From: an uncultured delta proteobacterium
GTDB lineage: Bacteria; Myxococcota_A; Polyangia; Fen-1088
Assembly (NCBI GenBank): GCA_963796685.1
Contig: CAWCMR010000006.1
Coordinates: forward strand, 128,001-192,000
Length of the DNA stretch: 64,000 bases
Direction: 5' to 3'
This document shows, piece by piece, positions 40,285 through 50,488 of this stretch. The position numbers were made by a program, and so were the translations under genes. Within the stretch, counting starts at the first letter, position 1; each line of letters begins with the position of its first letter. The notes beneath the pieces were generated by a model. It was not told where the DNA came from and made no database searches. It worked only from the letters and a program-made list of their open reading frames with translations.

Positions 40285-42510
40285 ATGAAATTTCCAACCA
40301 GACTGGTTTCTTTCCTGGCCGCTCTGTGGCTGGCTCTCGCAACGATCGGCACGGGGTTGAGTGCTCAGCCTCGTCCCATGCCGACCGCCGACGCGCGGAC
40401 CGAAGCCAATATCACGCGGGTAACGGCCGGATTTCTCGAGCGCTCCCAGTTGGCGCATCACCCGCTCGATGCCGACTTGGCGGGAAAGCTCCTCGACCGT
40501 TACATGGACGACTTGGACGGAGCGCGCTCGCTGTTCCTACAATCGGATGCGAAGGAATTCGAGGCGTATCGCGCGACCCTGTCACGGGCAATCGAGGCCG
40601 GCGATACCAGCGCGGCCCGGAGCATCTTCAGGCGCTTTCTGGAACGGCTGGGGCAGAAAGTGGCGTACTCCACCCATCTGCTGCGGACGGCGAAGTTCGA
40701 TTTTACGGGACACGACAGGTATTCATTCGATCGCGAAAAGGCCGAGAGACCGCAGGACATCAAGGCGGCCGAGGCGCTGTGGCGGCAGGAGATGCGAGCC
40801 GAATACCTGCAGGAAAAGCTGGCGAACAAGAAACCGGAGGAAATCGTGCGCACCTTGATTCGCAAGGAGACGCAACACCTTGCGAGCATGAAGGCACTCG
40901 ACGACGACGAGGTGCTCGAGATCTACCTCGATACGCTCGCCCACGTGTACGATCCCCACTCGGACTATCTCGGGCACGAGCAGATGGAAACCCTGTCCAT
41001 CGCCATGAATCTTTCGCTCTTCGGGATCGGCGCCTCGTTGGAAAACAAGGACGGGTACTGCGTGATTCGCGAGCTTTTGCCAGGGGGACCCGCGCTGCGA
41101 AGTGGGTTGCTCAAGCCAGGCGATCGCATTGTCGCGGTCGCGCAAGGGAATGGGGAACCCGTGGATATCACGAGCATGCCGCTCTCTCGTTCCGTGGAGT
41201 TGATTCGCGGCCCCAAGGGGACCACGGTAAAGCTGACCATCCTTCCTGCGGCCGCCGCCGAGGGCTCGCTTCCCAAGGTGGTTTCCCTCGTGCGCGCCGA
41301 GATCAAGCTCCAGGACCAACAGGCCAAGGCGAGCATCATGGACGTGCCGAGAGGGAAGGGGCGGACGTTGAGGCTCGGGGTCATCGATCTGCCGTCGTTC
41401 TATGCCGACATGGGCGGGCAGAAGGGTGCCGAGTCTCGCAGCGCGACCGCGGACGTCGCTCGCCTGCTGACCAAATTGAAGGCGGAGCACGTGCGCGGGA
41501 TCGTTCTCGACCTGCGCGGGAATGGCGGTGGTTCGCTCGAAGAGGCGATCACCATGACAGGCTTGTTCATTCGTCAGGGGCCGGTGGTGCAGACGCGTGG
41601 CATGAACGGAGAAATCGAAGTGGGTTCGGACAACGATCCCGCCGTTCAGTACGACGGGCCGCTCGTCGTGCTGACCAACCGGTTCAGTGCTTCCGCCTCG
41701 GAGATTCTGGTCGGCGCTTTGAAGGACTACGGCCGCGCCGTGGTGGTAGGCGATACCTCGACCTTCGGCAAGGGCACGGTGCAAAGCATCTTGCCCCTGG
41801 CGACGGTGATGGACAAGGCCGGCATCGTGCACGCCTATGACCCCGGTGCGCTCAAGATCACGATCAGCAAATTCTACCGGCCCGATGGGGCGTCGACGCA
41901 GTTGCGAGGCGTGGCCTCCGACATCGTGCTGCCGTCGCCGACCGACCTCAGCGACGTGAACGAATCGTCGCTGAAGGATCCCTTGCGTTGGGACGCCGTG
42001 GCCCCTGCTCCCCACGCGGAGCTCCATCGCGTGCAGCCCTATCTGGCGACGCTGCGCGAGAGATCCCGCGAACGAATCGCGAGCGAAAAGGAGTTCTCCT
42101 ACCTGGAGGAGGACGTGGCCCGAATCAAGAAGAGCGTGGCCGAGAAATCGGTCTCGCTCAACGAAGCCGAGCGGCGGCGCGAGATGGCCGAGGACAAGGC
42201 GCGCGACGAGCAGCGCAAACAAGAGGAGCTGGCCCATCCCTTGCCCCAGCCGACCACCTACGAGATCACGCTCGACAACGTGTCGATGCCCGGCCTGCCG
42301 CCGCCCGTGGCGCCCAAGAAGAGCTCGGCGAAGAGCGCAGACACCCAGGCGACCCCGTCTTCGTCGGAGGACTCCGATCAGTCGGTGGCCGACCGGTCCT
42401 TGGACCGCAACATCATCTTGCAAGAGACCGTGAAGATCCTAGGCGATTACGTCGACCTTCTTGGCGAGCGACCGTTCGGCTCGATGCAGGCCGAGCAGGG
42501 GGCGCGGTAG
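40285..42510 (+). CDS. prc: Carboxy-terminal processing protease (Prc/Tsp, S41A)
   Basis: YDPHSDY, PDZ GIGA, DLRGNGGGSL, SASASEI, TFGKGTVQ. Confidence 0.95.
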   Translation: MKFPTRLVSFLAALWLALATIGTGLSAQPRPMPTADARTEANITRVTAGFLERSQLAHHPLDADLAGKLLDRYMDDLDGARSLFLQSDAKEFEAYRATLSRAIEAGDTSAARSIFRRFLERLGQKVAYSTHLLRTAKFDFTGHDRYSFDREKAERPQDIKAAEALWRQEMRAEYLQEKLANKKPEEIVRTLIRKETQHLASMKALDDDEVLEIYLDTLAHVYDPHSDYLGHEQMETLSIAMNLSLFGIGASLENKDGYCVIRELLPGGPALRSGLLKPGDRIVAVAQGNGEPVDITSMPLSRSVELIRGPKGTTVKLTILPAAAAEGSLPKVVSLVRAEIKLQDQQAKASIMDVPRGKGRTLRLGVIDLPSFYADMGGQKGAESRSATADVARLLTKLKAEHVRGIVLDLRGNGGGSLEEAITMTGLFIRQGPVVQTRGMNGEIEVGSDNDPAVQYDGPLVVLTNRFSASASEILVGALKDYGRAVVVGDTSTFGKGTVQSILPLATVMDKAGIVHAYDPGALKITISKFYRPDGASTQLRGVASDIVLPSPTDLSDVNESSLKDPLRWDAVAPAPHAELHRVQPYLATLRERSRERIASEKEFSYLEEDVARIKKSVAEKSVSLNEAERRREMAEDKARDEQRKQEELAHPLPQPTTYEITLDNVSMPGLPPPVAPKKSSAKSADTQATPSSSEDSDQSVADRSLDRNIILQETVKILGDYVDLLGERPFGSMQAEQGAR

Positions 42511-42512
42511 TT

Positions 42513-42638
42513 CACCGAACGGGTCGGGGTTCTCCGGATCTCAATCCGAACCCTTCATTTCTTCTCATCCGTCTCAGTGTTCTCTGTGTCCTCTGTGGTT
42601 AGAATCCGGAAATTGCCCGGGTTTCAAACCGTTCGGTG
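42513..42638. repeat. Inverted-repeat-bounded intergenic element (REP/MITE-like)
   Basis: CACCGAACGG...CCGTTCGGTG termini, inner TCCGGAT/ATCCGGA pair, internal CTCAGTGTTCTCTGTGTCCTCTGTGGTT. Confidence 0.55.
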
Positions 42639-42645
42639 TTCTAAT

Positions 42646-44589
42646 TTAGGAGGCACGTGGTGGGTGGGGCGCCGGAGAGGCGGGGCCGGCGGCGGCGGCG
42701 GCGCGGGCATCGGCGGAGGGCCCGAGAAGCCGCGCGAGCTCCTGCTTGTCGATGGTCTCGTGCGCAAGCAGCTCCGCGACCAGACTGTCGAGAGCCGGGC
42801 GGTGCTCTACCACGACCTTGCGCGCTTCTTCTCTGGCCTCGAGCAGGATCTTGCGCGCCTCTTGCTCGATCATGTGAATGGTAGCGTCGCTGGTGCCACC
42901 GTCCGTGGCGAGGGTTTGGCCGAGAAAGGGATGCTCGGTACGGTGCTCGTAGAACACCGGACCCACGCTTTCCGACATTCCAAAGTGCGCCACCATCTTG
43001 AGCGCCAGGTCGGTGGCGGCCTTGAGGTCGTTCTCCGCACCGGAGGAAGGCGTGCCAAGAACCACGGTCTCCGCCGCGTGCCCACCCATGAGCACGCGCA
43101 GACGCGACTCGATCTCGGGCAGGGTCATGAGATGTTTGTCCGCGGCGGGGGTCTGGTGAGTCACGCCAAGAGCCATTCCGCGGGGAAGGATGCTGATGCG
43201 ATCGAGTGGCTCGGCGTGCTCGGTGAAGTGGGCGAGCACGGCGTGCCCGGACTCGTGAATCGCGACACGTCGCTTTTCCATGGGGTCGAGTCGGGTCTCG
43301 CGCAGATCGCCGAGCACGATCTTGTCGTAGGCCTCGGCGAAGTCGCTGGCGCGGATCATGTCGGCGTGACCACGGGTCGCGGAGAGCGCGGCCTCATTGA
43401 CGAGGTTGGCGAGGTCGGCGCCCGAGAATCCGGGGGTGTTGTCCGCCAGGGAGTCCAGATCGACATCTGCGGCGAGCGGTTTGTTGCGAGCGTGAACGTC
43501 CAGGATCGCCCTTCGAGCGGCGCGCTCGGGTCGGTCGACGAGGATCCTGCGATCGAAGCGCCCCGGGCGCAGGAGCGCGGCGTCGAGCACGTCGGGGCGA
43601 TTGGTCGCCGCCAGCACGATGGTCAGCTCGTTGCGAACGAAGCCGTCCATCTCCGATAGCAGTTGGTTCAGCGTCTGTTCCCGTTCGTCGTGGCCTCCGC
43701 CGAGACCCGTCCCGCGCGAACGACCGATGGCATCGATTTCGTCGATGAACACGATCGAAGGCGCCACCTTCTTCGCGTCTTCGAAGAGCGAGCGCACCCG
43801 CGACGCTCCCACACCCACGAAGAGCTCGATGAATTCCGAAGCGCTGATGGAAAAGAACGGCACGCCTGCCTCGCCGGCCACCGCGCGCGCCAGCATGGTT
43901 TTCCCCGTGCCGGGCGGCCCCACCAGCAGGACCCCGCGTGGCACCCTTCCCCCCAGGCGCTGAAAGCGATCCGGCTCCTTCAAGAACTCGACGATCTCGA
44001 GCAGATCCTGTTTGGCGGACTTGAGCCCGGCGACATCGTCGAACCGGATGGCAACCTGCGCCTCCTTCTCGTAGCGGCGCGTGCGACCCTTGGTGATCGC
44101 CGTAAGCGGGTTCTTGGACAGCATGCCCTGGGCCCGGCGCGAGATCCAAAACCACGCGCCAAGGATGATGATCCAAGGCAGTGCTCCCACCAGGATCTGA
44201 ACGATCAATGGCTGTTCTTCGCTCTTGACGGTGAGCCTCACCCCTTTTTGGCGCAACAGGGGCAGCAGATCGCGGTCTTCCTGGGATGGAAGCAAGGTCG
44301 TGAAGCCGGTGATGGACTTGCCGTCGACGGTCTCGGGGTTCTTCAGCGTGCCGGCGACAGTCTGCCCCTTCATCGTGGCGCTCGCGACCTTGCCGTCGGA
44401 TACCAGGTGGTAGAAATCGGTGTAGGCGATACTGGGGCGCTTCTGCTCGCGCGACGCGAAGTATTGGAACCACATCAATCCGGCGAGAATCGCAAAGGGA
44501 ACGACCCAGTTCTTCCAGGACAGCCCTGGCTGTTTGGGGCCCGTTGGGGGAGTTGGTGGGCTAGGCGTTGGTGAAGTCTCGTTCGGCAT
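42646..44589 (-). CDS. ftsH: ATP-dependent zinc metalloprotease FtsH
   Basis: [37 protein letters not shown]. Confidence 0.97.
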   Translation of the reverse strand: MPNETSPTPSPPTPPTGPKQPGLSWKNWVVPFAILAGLMWFQYFASREQKRPSIAYTDFYHLVSDGKVASATMKGQTVAGTLKNPETVDGKSITGFTTLLPSQEDRDLLPLLRQKGVRLTVKSEEQPLIVQILVGALPWIIILGAWFWISRRAQGMLSKNPLTAITKGRTRRYEKEAQVAIRFDDVAGLKSAKQDLLEIVEFLKEPDRFQRLGGRVPRGVLLVGPPGTGKTMLARAVAGEAGVPFFSISASEFIELFVGVGASRVRSLFEDAKKVAPSIVFIDEIDAIGRSRGTGLGGGHDEREQTLNQLLSEMDGFVRNELTIVLAATNRPDVLDAALLRPGRFDRRILVDRPERAARRAILDVHARNKPLAADVDLDSLADNTPGFSGADLANLVNEAALSATRGHADMIRASDFAEAYDKIVLGDLRETRLDPMEKRRVAIHESGHAVLAHFTEHAEPLDRISILPRGMALGVTHQTPAADKHLMTLPEIESRLRVLMGGHAAETVVLGTPSSGAENDLKAATDLALKMVAHFGMSESVGPVFYEHRTEHPFLGQTLATDGGTSDATIHMIEQEARKILLEAREEARKVVVEHRPALDSLVAELLAHETIDKQELARLLGPSADARAAAAAGPASPAPHPPRAS

Positions 44590-44714
44590 GATAGGGCTAA
44601 ACCATGGACCGCCCAGTGCGTGGAATCATGTCCTGCCGGGTCATGGGCGGTCGGCGAAGGTGCATGGCGCATTCCCGCGGTTCGGATAGGCTCTCTTAAG
44701 TTGGGTAGAGAGGC

Positions 44715-46247
44715 ATGCAGGATCTCAGCACCGACCGATCTGTCATTTCATCGCCCAGCGCTGGCTCGCTGCTGGAGGCGTCGGAGCTGGTCGAGCGGGC
44801 CTACACGCGTGCGTCCGGGGCGCCGCTGGTCGAGGGCAACGCGGTTCGCGTGCTCAAGGACGGCGCCGCCAATTACGCGGCTTGGTTCGCCGCTATCCGC
44901 GCGGCCCGCAAGATGGTCCTCTTCGAGAACTACATCATCGAGGACGATGAGGTCGGTCGCGAGCTTGCCTCCGCGCTGATCGATCGTGCTCGGGCCGGGA
45001 TCAAGGTCAGGATGCTGCACGACTGGCTGGGATCGCTCGCGGGCGCCACGCGCCGGTATTGGCGGCGCTTGTCCGCGGCGGGGGTCGAGGTGCGACGGTT
45101 CAATGCACCTCATCTTGGCAGTCCCTTGGGCTGGCTCAGCCGCGATCATCGCAAGACCCTTTCCGTCGACGGGGAAGTGGCCTTCGTGACCGGAGTCTGT
45201 GTAAGCCAGCGCTGGCTCGGAAATCCCGCGCGCAGTATTCCGCCGTGGCGTGATACCGGTCTCGAGATCCGCGGACCCGCCGTCGCGCACATCGAACGCG
45301 CCTTTGCAGACGTGTGGACGGCTGCGGGTGGCAGCATCCCGGAGGGCGAGCTTTCGGATCCGGCCGCCTTTCCGCGCGTCGGCAAGGTTGCGCTGCGGGT
45401 GGTCGCGGACGTCCCCAGCAAGGCCAGGCTCTTTCGCTTGGACCAGCTCATCGCCAGTGCCGCCAAACGGACCCTATGGTTGACGGACGCGTACTTCGTA
45501 GGCTTTGCCCCCTACGTGCAGGCCCTTGGTGCCGCCGCCCAGGATGGCGTCGACGTTCGCTTGCTCGTACCGAGCACCAGCGACATCATGCTGGTCGCCG
45601 CGTTCTCGAGAGCGGGCTACCGGCCGCTGCTCGACGCCGGCGTGCGCATCTTCGAGTGGAACGGATCGATGTTGCACGCCAAGACTGCCGTGGCGGATGG
45701 GCGCTGGGCGCGGGTCGGGTCGTCGAACCTGAATTTGGCCAGCTTCATTTCCAATTACGAGATCGACGTGGCCATCGAGCACGAGGGGCTGGCCATCGAG
45801 ATGGAGGAAATGTTTCTCTCCGACCTGGAGAACGCTACCGAGATCGTGGTCGACGTCAAACGTCGCGTGGTGCCTGGTGCCCAGGTGGTTCCTCGCAGGG
45901 AGCGCGCAAAGGCCGTGTCCCGCGGGGCCTCCGGGCGAGCCGTGGGCGCTGTCCGTTTCGCGCACGCCATGGGAAGCGTCGTCCGGCAGAAGAGATCGCT
46001 GGGGTTCGCGCAGGGCGGCCCCGCGGCGATCTTCGCCGCCATTCTCCTTGCGGGAGCTGCCATCGCGGTCCTTTGGCCGAGGGTGCTGGCGCTACCTCTG
46101 GCAATCTTCATGGCTTGGTCTGGGGTAACCCTCATGCTGCGCGCGCTTCGACTGTGGCGACGCCGAGCACGCCAGCGACGCGAGGGGAAGAGGCCTGTCG
46201 CCCCGCCCGGTCTTGACGGGAAGAGCGCAACCCAAGTACGACGGTAA
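44715..46247 (+). CDS. Cardiolipin synthase / phospholipase D family
   Basis: Two HKD motifs: DHRKTLSVDG and LHAKTAVADG. Confidence 0.93.
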   Translation: MQDLSTDRSVISSPSAGSLLEASELVERAYTRASGAPLVEGNAVRVLKDGAANYAAWFAAIRAARKMVLFENYIIEDDEVGRELASALIDRARAGIKVRMLHDWLGSLAGATRRYWRRLSAAGVEVRRFNAPHLGSPLGWLSRDHRKTLSVDGEVAFVTGVCVSQRWLGNPARSIPPWRDTGLEIRGPAVAHIERAFADVWTAAGGSIPEGELSDPAAFPRVGKVALRVVADVPSKARLFRLDQLIASAAKRTLWLTDAYFVGFAPYVQALGAAAQDGVDVRLLVPSTSDIMLVAAFSRAGYRPLLDAGVRIFEWNGSMLHAKTAVADGRWARVGSSNLNLASFISNYEIDVAIEHEGLAIEMEEMFLSDLENATEIVVDVKRRVVPGAQVVPRRERAKAVSRGASGRAVGAVRFAHAMGSVVRQKRSLGFAQGGPAAIFAAILLAGAAIAVLWPRVLALPLAIFMAWSGVTLMLRALRLWRRRARQRREGKRPVAPPGLDGKSATQVRR

Positions 46248-46295
46248 CCGAGCGCGCGATTGGCGTGGCAGGATCGTGGCCGTGGAGGCAACTTG

Positions 46296-47672
46296 CTACG
46301 AAGGTTTCTTTTCCGCCGTCACCAGATCGCGCAGCGAGATTCGGTCAAGCACCTTTCGCCCTGCTTCTTCGGACGCCTCGAAGATGGACCGTATCTTTTC
46401 GTGGAGCGGGGTGAGCTCGAGCCTGAAGGTGTCGCCGTCCCGCCAGCGCAGCACCTGCTGGATCTGGTACAGCGTGATTTGTTCCAAGCTTTGCTCCGGT
46501 CTGAAACCGCCCTCATGCTTGCCGCTGCATTCTTCGAGCAGATCGTGAGCGACCATCACCTCGGTCACCTGCTGGATGAGGGTGCTCATGGTGTCCAGGC
46601 GCCGCGTGAGCGTCTCCACGGTGGGTGGGCGCTCCTTGCGTTCGAATGCCTCCGCCACAACGGCCATGATTCGCACGGCCAATAGCTCCTTGAAACCCGA
46701 GCACATGCGAATATCGCGCGCTTCCAACCCCTCGGTGGTCACCGACTGGTTGGCAAAGGCGTAGGTGGCTCCGAACAGCACGAGGATCCAGCTCAAGTAG
46801 ATCCAGATCATCAGGACGGGAAGGGCGCTCAGCGCGCCGTAGACGGCACTGTACTTGAGAGAGTTGGCCGCGAACGCGATGAAGAGCATCTTGAGCAGGC
46901 TCCAGAGCACACCGGCCACCACGCCGCCCAGCAAAGCCGCACGAAGACGCACACGGGTGTTGGGGACAATGAGGTAGCTGAAGGTGAAGGCCAAGCAGAC
47001 GGTCAAGACCGTCGTCAAGGAGACGAGCCAGCGCCCGAGATCGAACGGCAGCCAGTTCATCAGGGTGGTGGCGTAGGCGTGGCTCTGTAGGCGCGCGCTG
47101 AGCGACAAGGCGACGCCCAGCAACGGCGGGGTAAGGGTGAGCAGCAGCCAGTACATCATCACTCGCTGCAGAAGCGAGCGCCCACGTCGAATCTGCCAGA
47201 TACGGTTGAAGGCCCCCTCGATGTTGGTCAAAAGGCCGATGGCTGAATAGAAGAGAAAGACCACTCCGACGCCTGCGATGGCGCCCGCACTGACGTTGGA
47301 AATGAATTTGTCCAGCCATTGTCCGACCTCCTCGGCCCGCCCTGCGGCCAAGTTCTCCAGGACGAGATTGCGCAAGGGCGCCTGGTACTTCTTCAGTCCC
47401 CCGAATCCCTGAAAGATGGCGAAGCCGACGGCCATCAGCGGTACCAGGGAGACCATGGTGTGATAGGTGAGAGCGGCGGCCCGTCGCGTGATCTCGTCCC
47501 TGACCACGCTGCGTGCGGTGACCACGAACACCTGAAACTGCCGTATCCCAAAGGCCCTCATTCCTGTTTTGCGGCGATAGGGCAGCGCCCAGGAATGCAG
47601 AAAGCCCGGATCCCAGAAGCGGGTGAGGAGGCCAACCCAGGAGACACGGCGTTTCCGCTGATCGTTCGACAT
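46296..47672 (-). CDS. YihY/BrkB-family membrane protein with C-terminal winged-helix-like domain
   Basis: AAALTYHT, IEGAFNRIW, YSAVYGAL..LMIWIYLSW. Confidence 0.9.
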   Translation of the reverse strand: MSNDQRKRRVSWVGLLTRFWDPGFLHSWALPYRRKTGMRAFGIRQFQVFVVTARSVVRDEITRRAAALTYHTMVSLVPLMAVGFAIFQGFGGLKKYQAPLRNLVLENLAAGRAEEVGQWLDKFISNVSAGAIAGVGVVFLFYSAIGLLTNIEGAFNRIWQIRRGRSLLQRVMMYWLLLTLTPPLLGVALSLSARLQSHAYATTLMNWLPFDLGRWLVSLTTVLTVCLAFTFSYLIVPNTRVRLRAALLGGVVAGVLWSLLKMLFIAFAANSLKYSAVYGALSALPVLMIWIYLSWILVLFGATYAFANQSVTTEGLEARDIRMCSGFKELLAVRIMAVVAEAFERKERPPTVETLTRRLDTMSTLIQQVTEVMVAHDLLEECSGKHEGGFRPEQSLEQITLYQIQQVLRWRDGDTFRLELTPLHEKIRSIFEASEEAGRKVLDRISLRDLVTAEKKPS

Positions 47673-47837
47673 GGTGGTCCTCTCTTCATACGCCAAGCAC
47701 GGCGCGTTGGGGGCATTCGCGAAGCCCGAGCATGGAAAGTGGCGAACCTTTCACAGCTGTAAGGCTCCGGAAAGACTCCGGCATGGATTGACCTTCCATG
47801 CTTGTTCTCGTCAATCGGACAACAAGGAGAACAAGCC

Positions 47838-48914
47838 ATGGACGCCTCGCCAGATTCCAACTCGATTCGCGCCAACCCGGTCAACACCAATGCGTTCGAC
47901 GCCGACCACGGTCGGGGTGGATGGCACGGGGATGTGCAACAGATCCAGAAAGAGGTGCTCGAGTCGGCCGGTTGGGTGTCCTCGCTGCAGACGGAAATCG
48001 CTCGGGTCATCGTCGGGCAGCGCTATTTGGTCGACCGCCTGATCGTTGGACTCCTGACCAGCGGGCACCTCCTGCTCGAAGGCGTGCCAGGGCTGGCCAA
48101 GACCCTGGCGCTCAAGACCCTGGCCCAGACGCTCGACGGCGCGAAGTTTCGCAGGATTCAGTTCACGCCCGACATGTTGCCCGCCGACGTCGTCGGCACC
48201 ATGATCTACAACCCGATCCAAGGCAGTTTCCAAACCAAGCACGGTCCCATCTTCTCGAATCTGGTGCTCGCCGACGAGATCAACCGCGCACCGGCCAAGG
48301 TGCAATCGGCCCTGCTCGAAGCGATGCAGGAGCGCCAGGTGACCCTGGGCGAGGAATCCTATCGCCTGCCCGATCCGTTCATGGTGATGGCGACGCAAAA
48401 CCCCATCGAACAGGAGGGCACCTATCCCTTGCCTGAGGCGCAGACCGACCGCTTCCTGCTCAAGCTCGTCATCAACTACCCATCCAAATCGGAAGAGCGC
48501 GCGATTCTCGATGCCATGGCGACCAGCGAGCCCAAGCTCGCCGTGGATCCGATCGTCTCGATTCCGCAGCTCGCGCATGCGCGCGGCGTGGTCAACGAGA
48601 TCTACGTCGACGACAAGATCCGCGACTACATCGTGGACATCGTGACCGCGACGCGCGCGCCGGCCAGCTACGACCTGCCTCTCGCCGACTATGTCCTCTT
48701 CGGCGCATCCCCGCGTGCCACCATCTCGTTGACCCTGGCCGCGCGCGCGTGGGCGTTCATGCACGGACGTGGCTACGTCATTCCTTCCGACGTGAAGACC
48801 CTGGCCCCGGACGTACTGCGACACCGGCTCGGCCTGACCTACGAGGCGGAGGCGGAGAACGTTCAGGCCGACGATCTGGTCGCCAAGATCCTGGCCGCAT
48901 TGCCCAACCCGTGA
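47838..48914 (+). CDS. moxR: MoxR-family AAA+ ATPase
   Basis: GVPGLAKT, RIQFTPD, DEINRAPAKVQSALLE, GASPRA. Confidence 0.96.
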   Translation: MDASPDSNSIRANPVNTNAFDADHGRGGWHGDVQQIQKEVLESAGWVSSLQTEIARVIVGQRYLVDRLIVGLLTSGHLLLEGVPGLAKTLALKTLAQTLDGAKFRRIQFTPDMLPADVVGTMIYNPIQGSFQTKHGPIFSNLVLADEINRAPAKVQSALLEAMQERQVTLGEESYRLPDPFMVMATQNPIEQEGTYPLPEAQTDRFLLKLVINYPSKSEERAILDAMATSEPKLAVDPIVSIPQLAHARGVVNEIYVDDKIRDYIVDIVTATRAPASYDLPLADYVLFGASPRATISLTLAARAWAFMHGRGYVIPSDVKTLAPDVLRHRLGLTYEAEAENVQADDLVAKILAALPNP

Positions 48915-48923
48915 GAGGCGACG

Positions 48924-49841
48924 ATGGAAAGCGATATCAGCAATATCAAGGAGATCCTGAAGCAGGTCCGGCTCATCGACATTCGTACGCGACGGCTTGC
49001 CACCGATGCCCTGGCCGGGCAATTCCATTCGATGTTCCGCGGCCGGGGCATGGACTTCGAAGAGGTGCGCGAATACGTGCCGGGCGATGAGGTACGCACC
49101 ATCGACTGGAACGTGACCGCCCGGGCCGGGCGTCCGTTCGTCAAGAAATACCGCGAAGAGCGCGAGCTCACGATCCTGCTCGCGGTCGACGTGAGCGCCT
49201 CGGGGGATTTCGGCTCGGTCGAGCACACCAAGCGCGAGATCGAGGCGGAGATCGCCTGCGTCTTGGCGCTCTCCGCGGTTCGCAACAACGACAGGGTCGG
49301 CCTGGTCTTGTTCTCCGACCAAATCGAGACCTTCGTTCCACCGCGCAAGGGACGCCAGCACGTGCTGCGCATCGTGCGCGAGGTGCTGAGCTGCGAGCCC
49401 AATCGGCGCGGCACGGATGTCGCGCACGCGCTCGACTTCATCAATGCCGTGACCAGGAGGCGGGCCATGGTGTGCGTGCTTTCTGATTTTCAGAGCGCTG
49501 GCGATCCAAGCCAGGCGCTGTCCACGCTGCGCCGGTCGTTGCGGATGATCAGACGCCGGCACGATCTCGTGGCCCTGCACGTGAACGATCCGCGCGAGCG
49601 CAATCTTCTCGCGGTGGGTCTGCTGGCCATGGAGGACGCGGAGACGGGCGAGATGATCGAGATCGACACCGGCTCGGCCAAAGTGCGTGAACGCTTCGCG
49701 GAGCGTGCCCGCGAGCGCGACGCGCGGCTCGCGCGAGTTCTGCGCGGCGAATCGGTCGACAGCGTCGAGGTGGACACGTCGGTGCCGTACCTTCCGGTCT
49801 TGATCTCGCTGTTTCGCTCGCGACGGGGGAGGCCGCGATGA
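48924..49841 (+). CDS. DUF58 (VWA-like) protein
   Basis: GRGMDFEEVREYVPGDEVRTIDWNVTAR. Confidence 0.95.
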   Translation: MESDISNIKEILKQVRLIDIRTRRLATDALAGQFHSMFRGRGMDFEEVREYVPGDEVRTIDWNVTARAGRPFVKKYREERELTILLAVDVSASGDFGSVEHTKREIEAEIACVLALSAVRNNDRVGLVLFSDQIETFVPPRKGRQHVLRIVREVLSCEPNRRGTDVAHALDFINAVTRRRAMVCVLSDFQSAGDPSQALSTLRRSLRMIRRRHDLVALHVNDPRERNLLAVGLLAMEDAETGEMIEIDTGSAKVRERFAERARERDARLARVLRGESVDSVEVDTSVPYLPVLISLFRSRRGRPR

Positions 49842-50488
49842 AATTCCGCGCGTTGCCCACGATCTTGCTGCTCGCCGGTCTGCTTGGAACGACACGACCG
49901 TGGGCGGCGACGGTGGTAGCCCCAGGGTTGGCCGCGGCGCCGGCTGGGCGGGCGTCCGTGCCGTCCTCCGCGACGGAAGACATCCGCGACGTTCGCGGTC
50001 CGATTCCGATCCCGCCGTGGTGGCGCTGGTGGGCGGTGGCCGGAGGCGCGGTGTTGTTGCTCGGCCTCGCAGGGGTGACGGTGGTGATCGTGCGGCGGCG
50101 GCATGCGAAGCCGGTTGCCCCGCACGAGCGGGCGTTGCTGCGCCTCGAACAGGCGCAACCGCTGGCGGCGGCGGGACAGGTGCGTGAATACGCCGGAGTC
50201 GCCTCCGATGCTGTTCGTGACTATATCGAGGAGCGCTTCTTGTTGCGCGCGGCCCACGTGACGACCGAGGAGTTTTTCGACGACATCCTGGCGCCCGCGA
50301 ATGCGGTGCTGGGTACGCACCGGGATGCCTTGCTCAGGTTTCTCGGGGCCTGCGACTTGGCGAAGTTCGCGCGCCTGCCGCTTCCCAGGGAGCAGATGAT
50401 TTCGCTCAACGATCTGGCGCGCCGGTTCGTGCTCGAGACCGCCTCGAGCTCGGCCGAACGCAAACCCGCACCCGTGAGGCCGTCATGA
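49838..50488 (+). CDS. DUF4381-like membrane protein of Bat operons
   Basis: DIRDVRGP, TM helix, TTEEF, DLAKFA. Confidence 0.8.
   Translation: MKFRALPTILLLAGLLGTTRPWAATVVAPGLAAAPAGRASVPSSATEDIRDVRGPIPIPPWWRWWAVAGGAVLLLGLAGVTVVIVRRRHAKPVAPHERALLRLEQAQPLAAAGQVREYAGVASDAVRDYIEERFLLRAAHVTTEEFFDDILAPANAVLGTHRDALLRFLGACDLAKFARLPLPREQMISLNDLARRFVLETASSSAERKPAPVRPS

Noticed and set aside
46285-46299. GAGGCA-ACT-TGCTAC, resembling the enhancer motif
   Set aside because: Between convergent gene ends with no sigma54 promoter or downstream gene start; treated as chance
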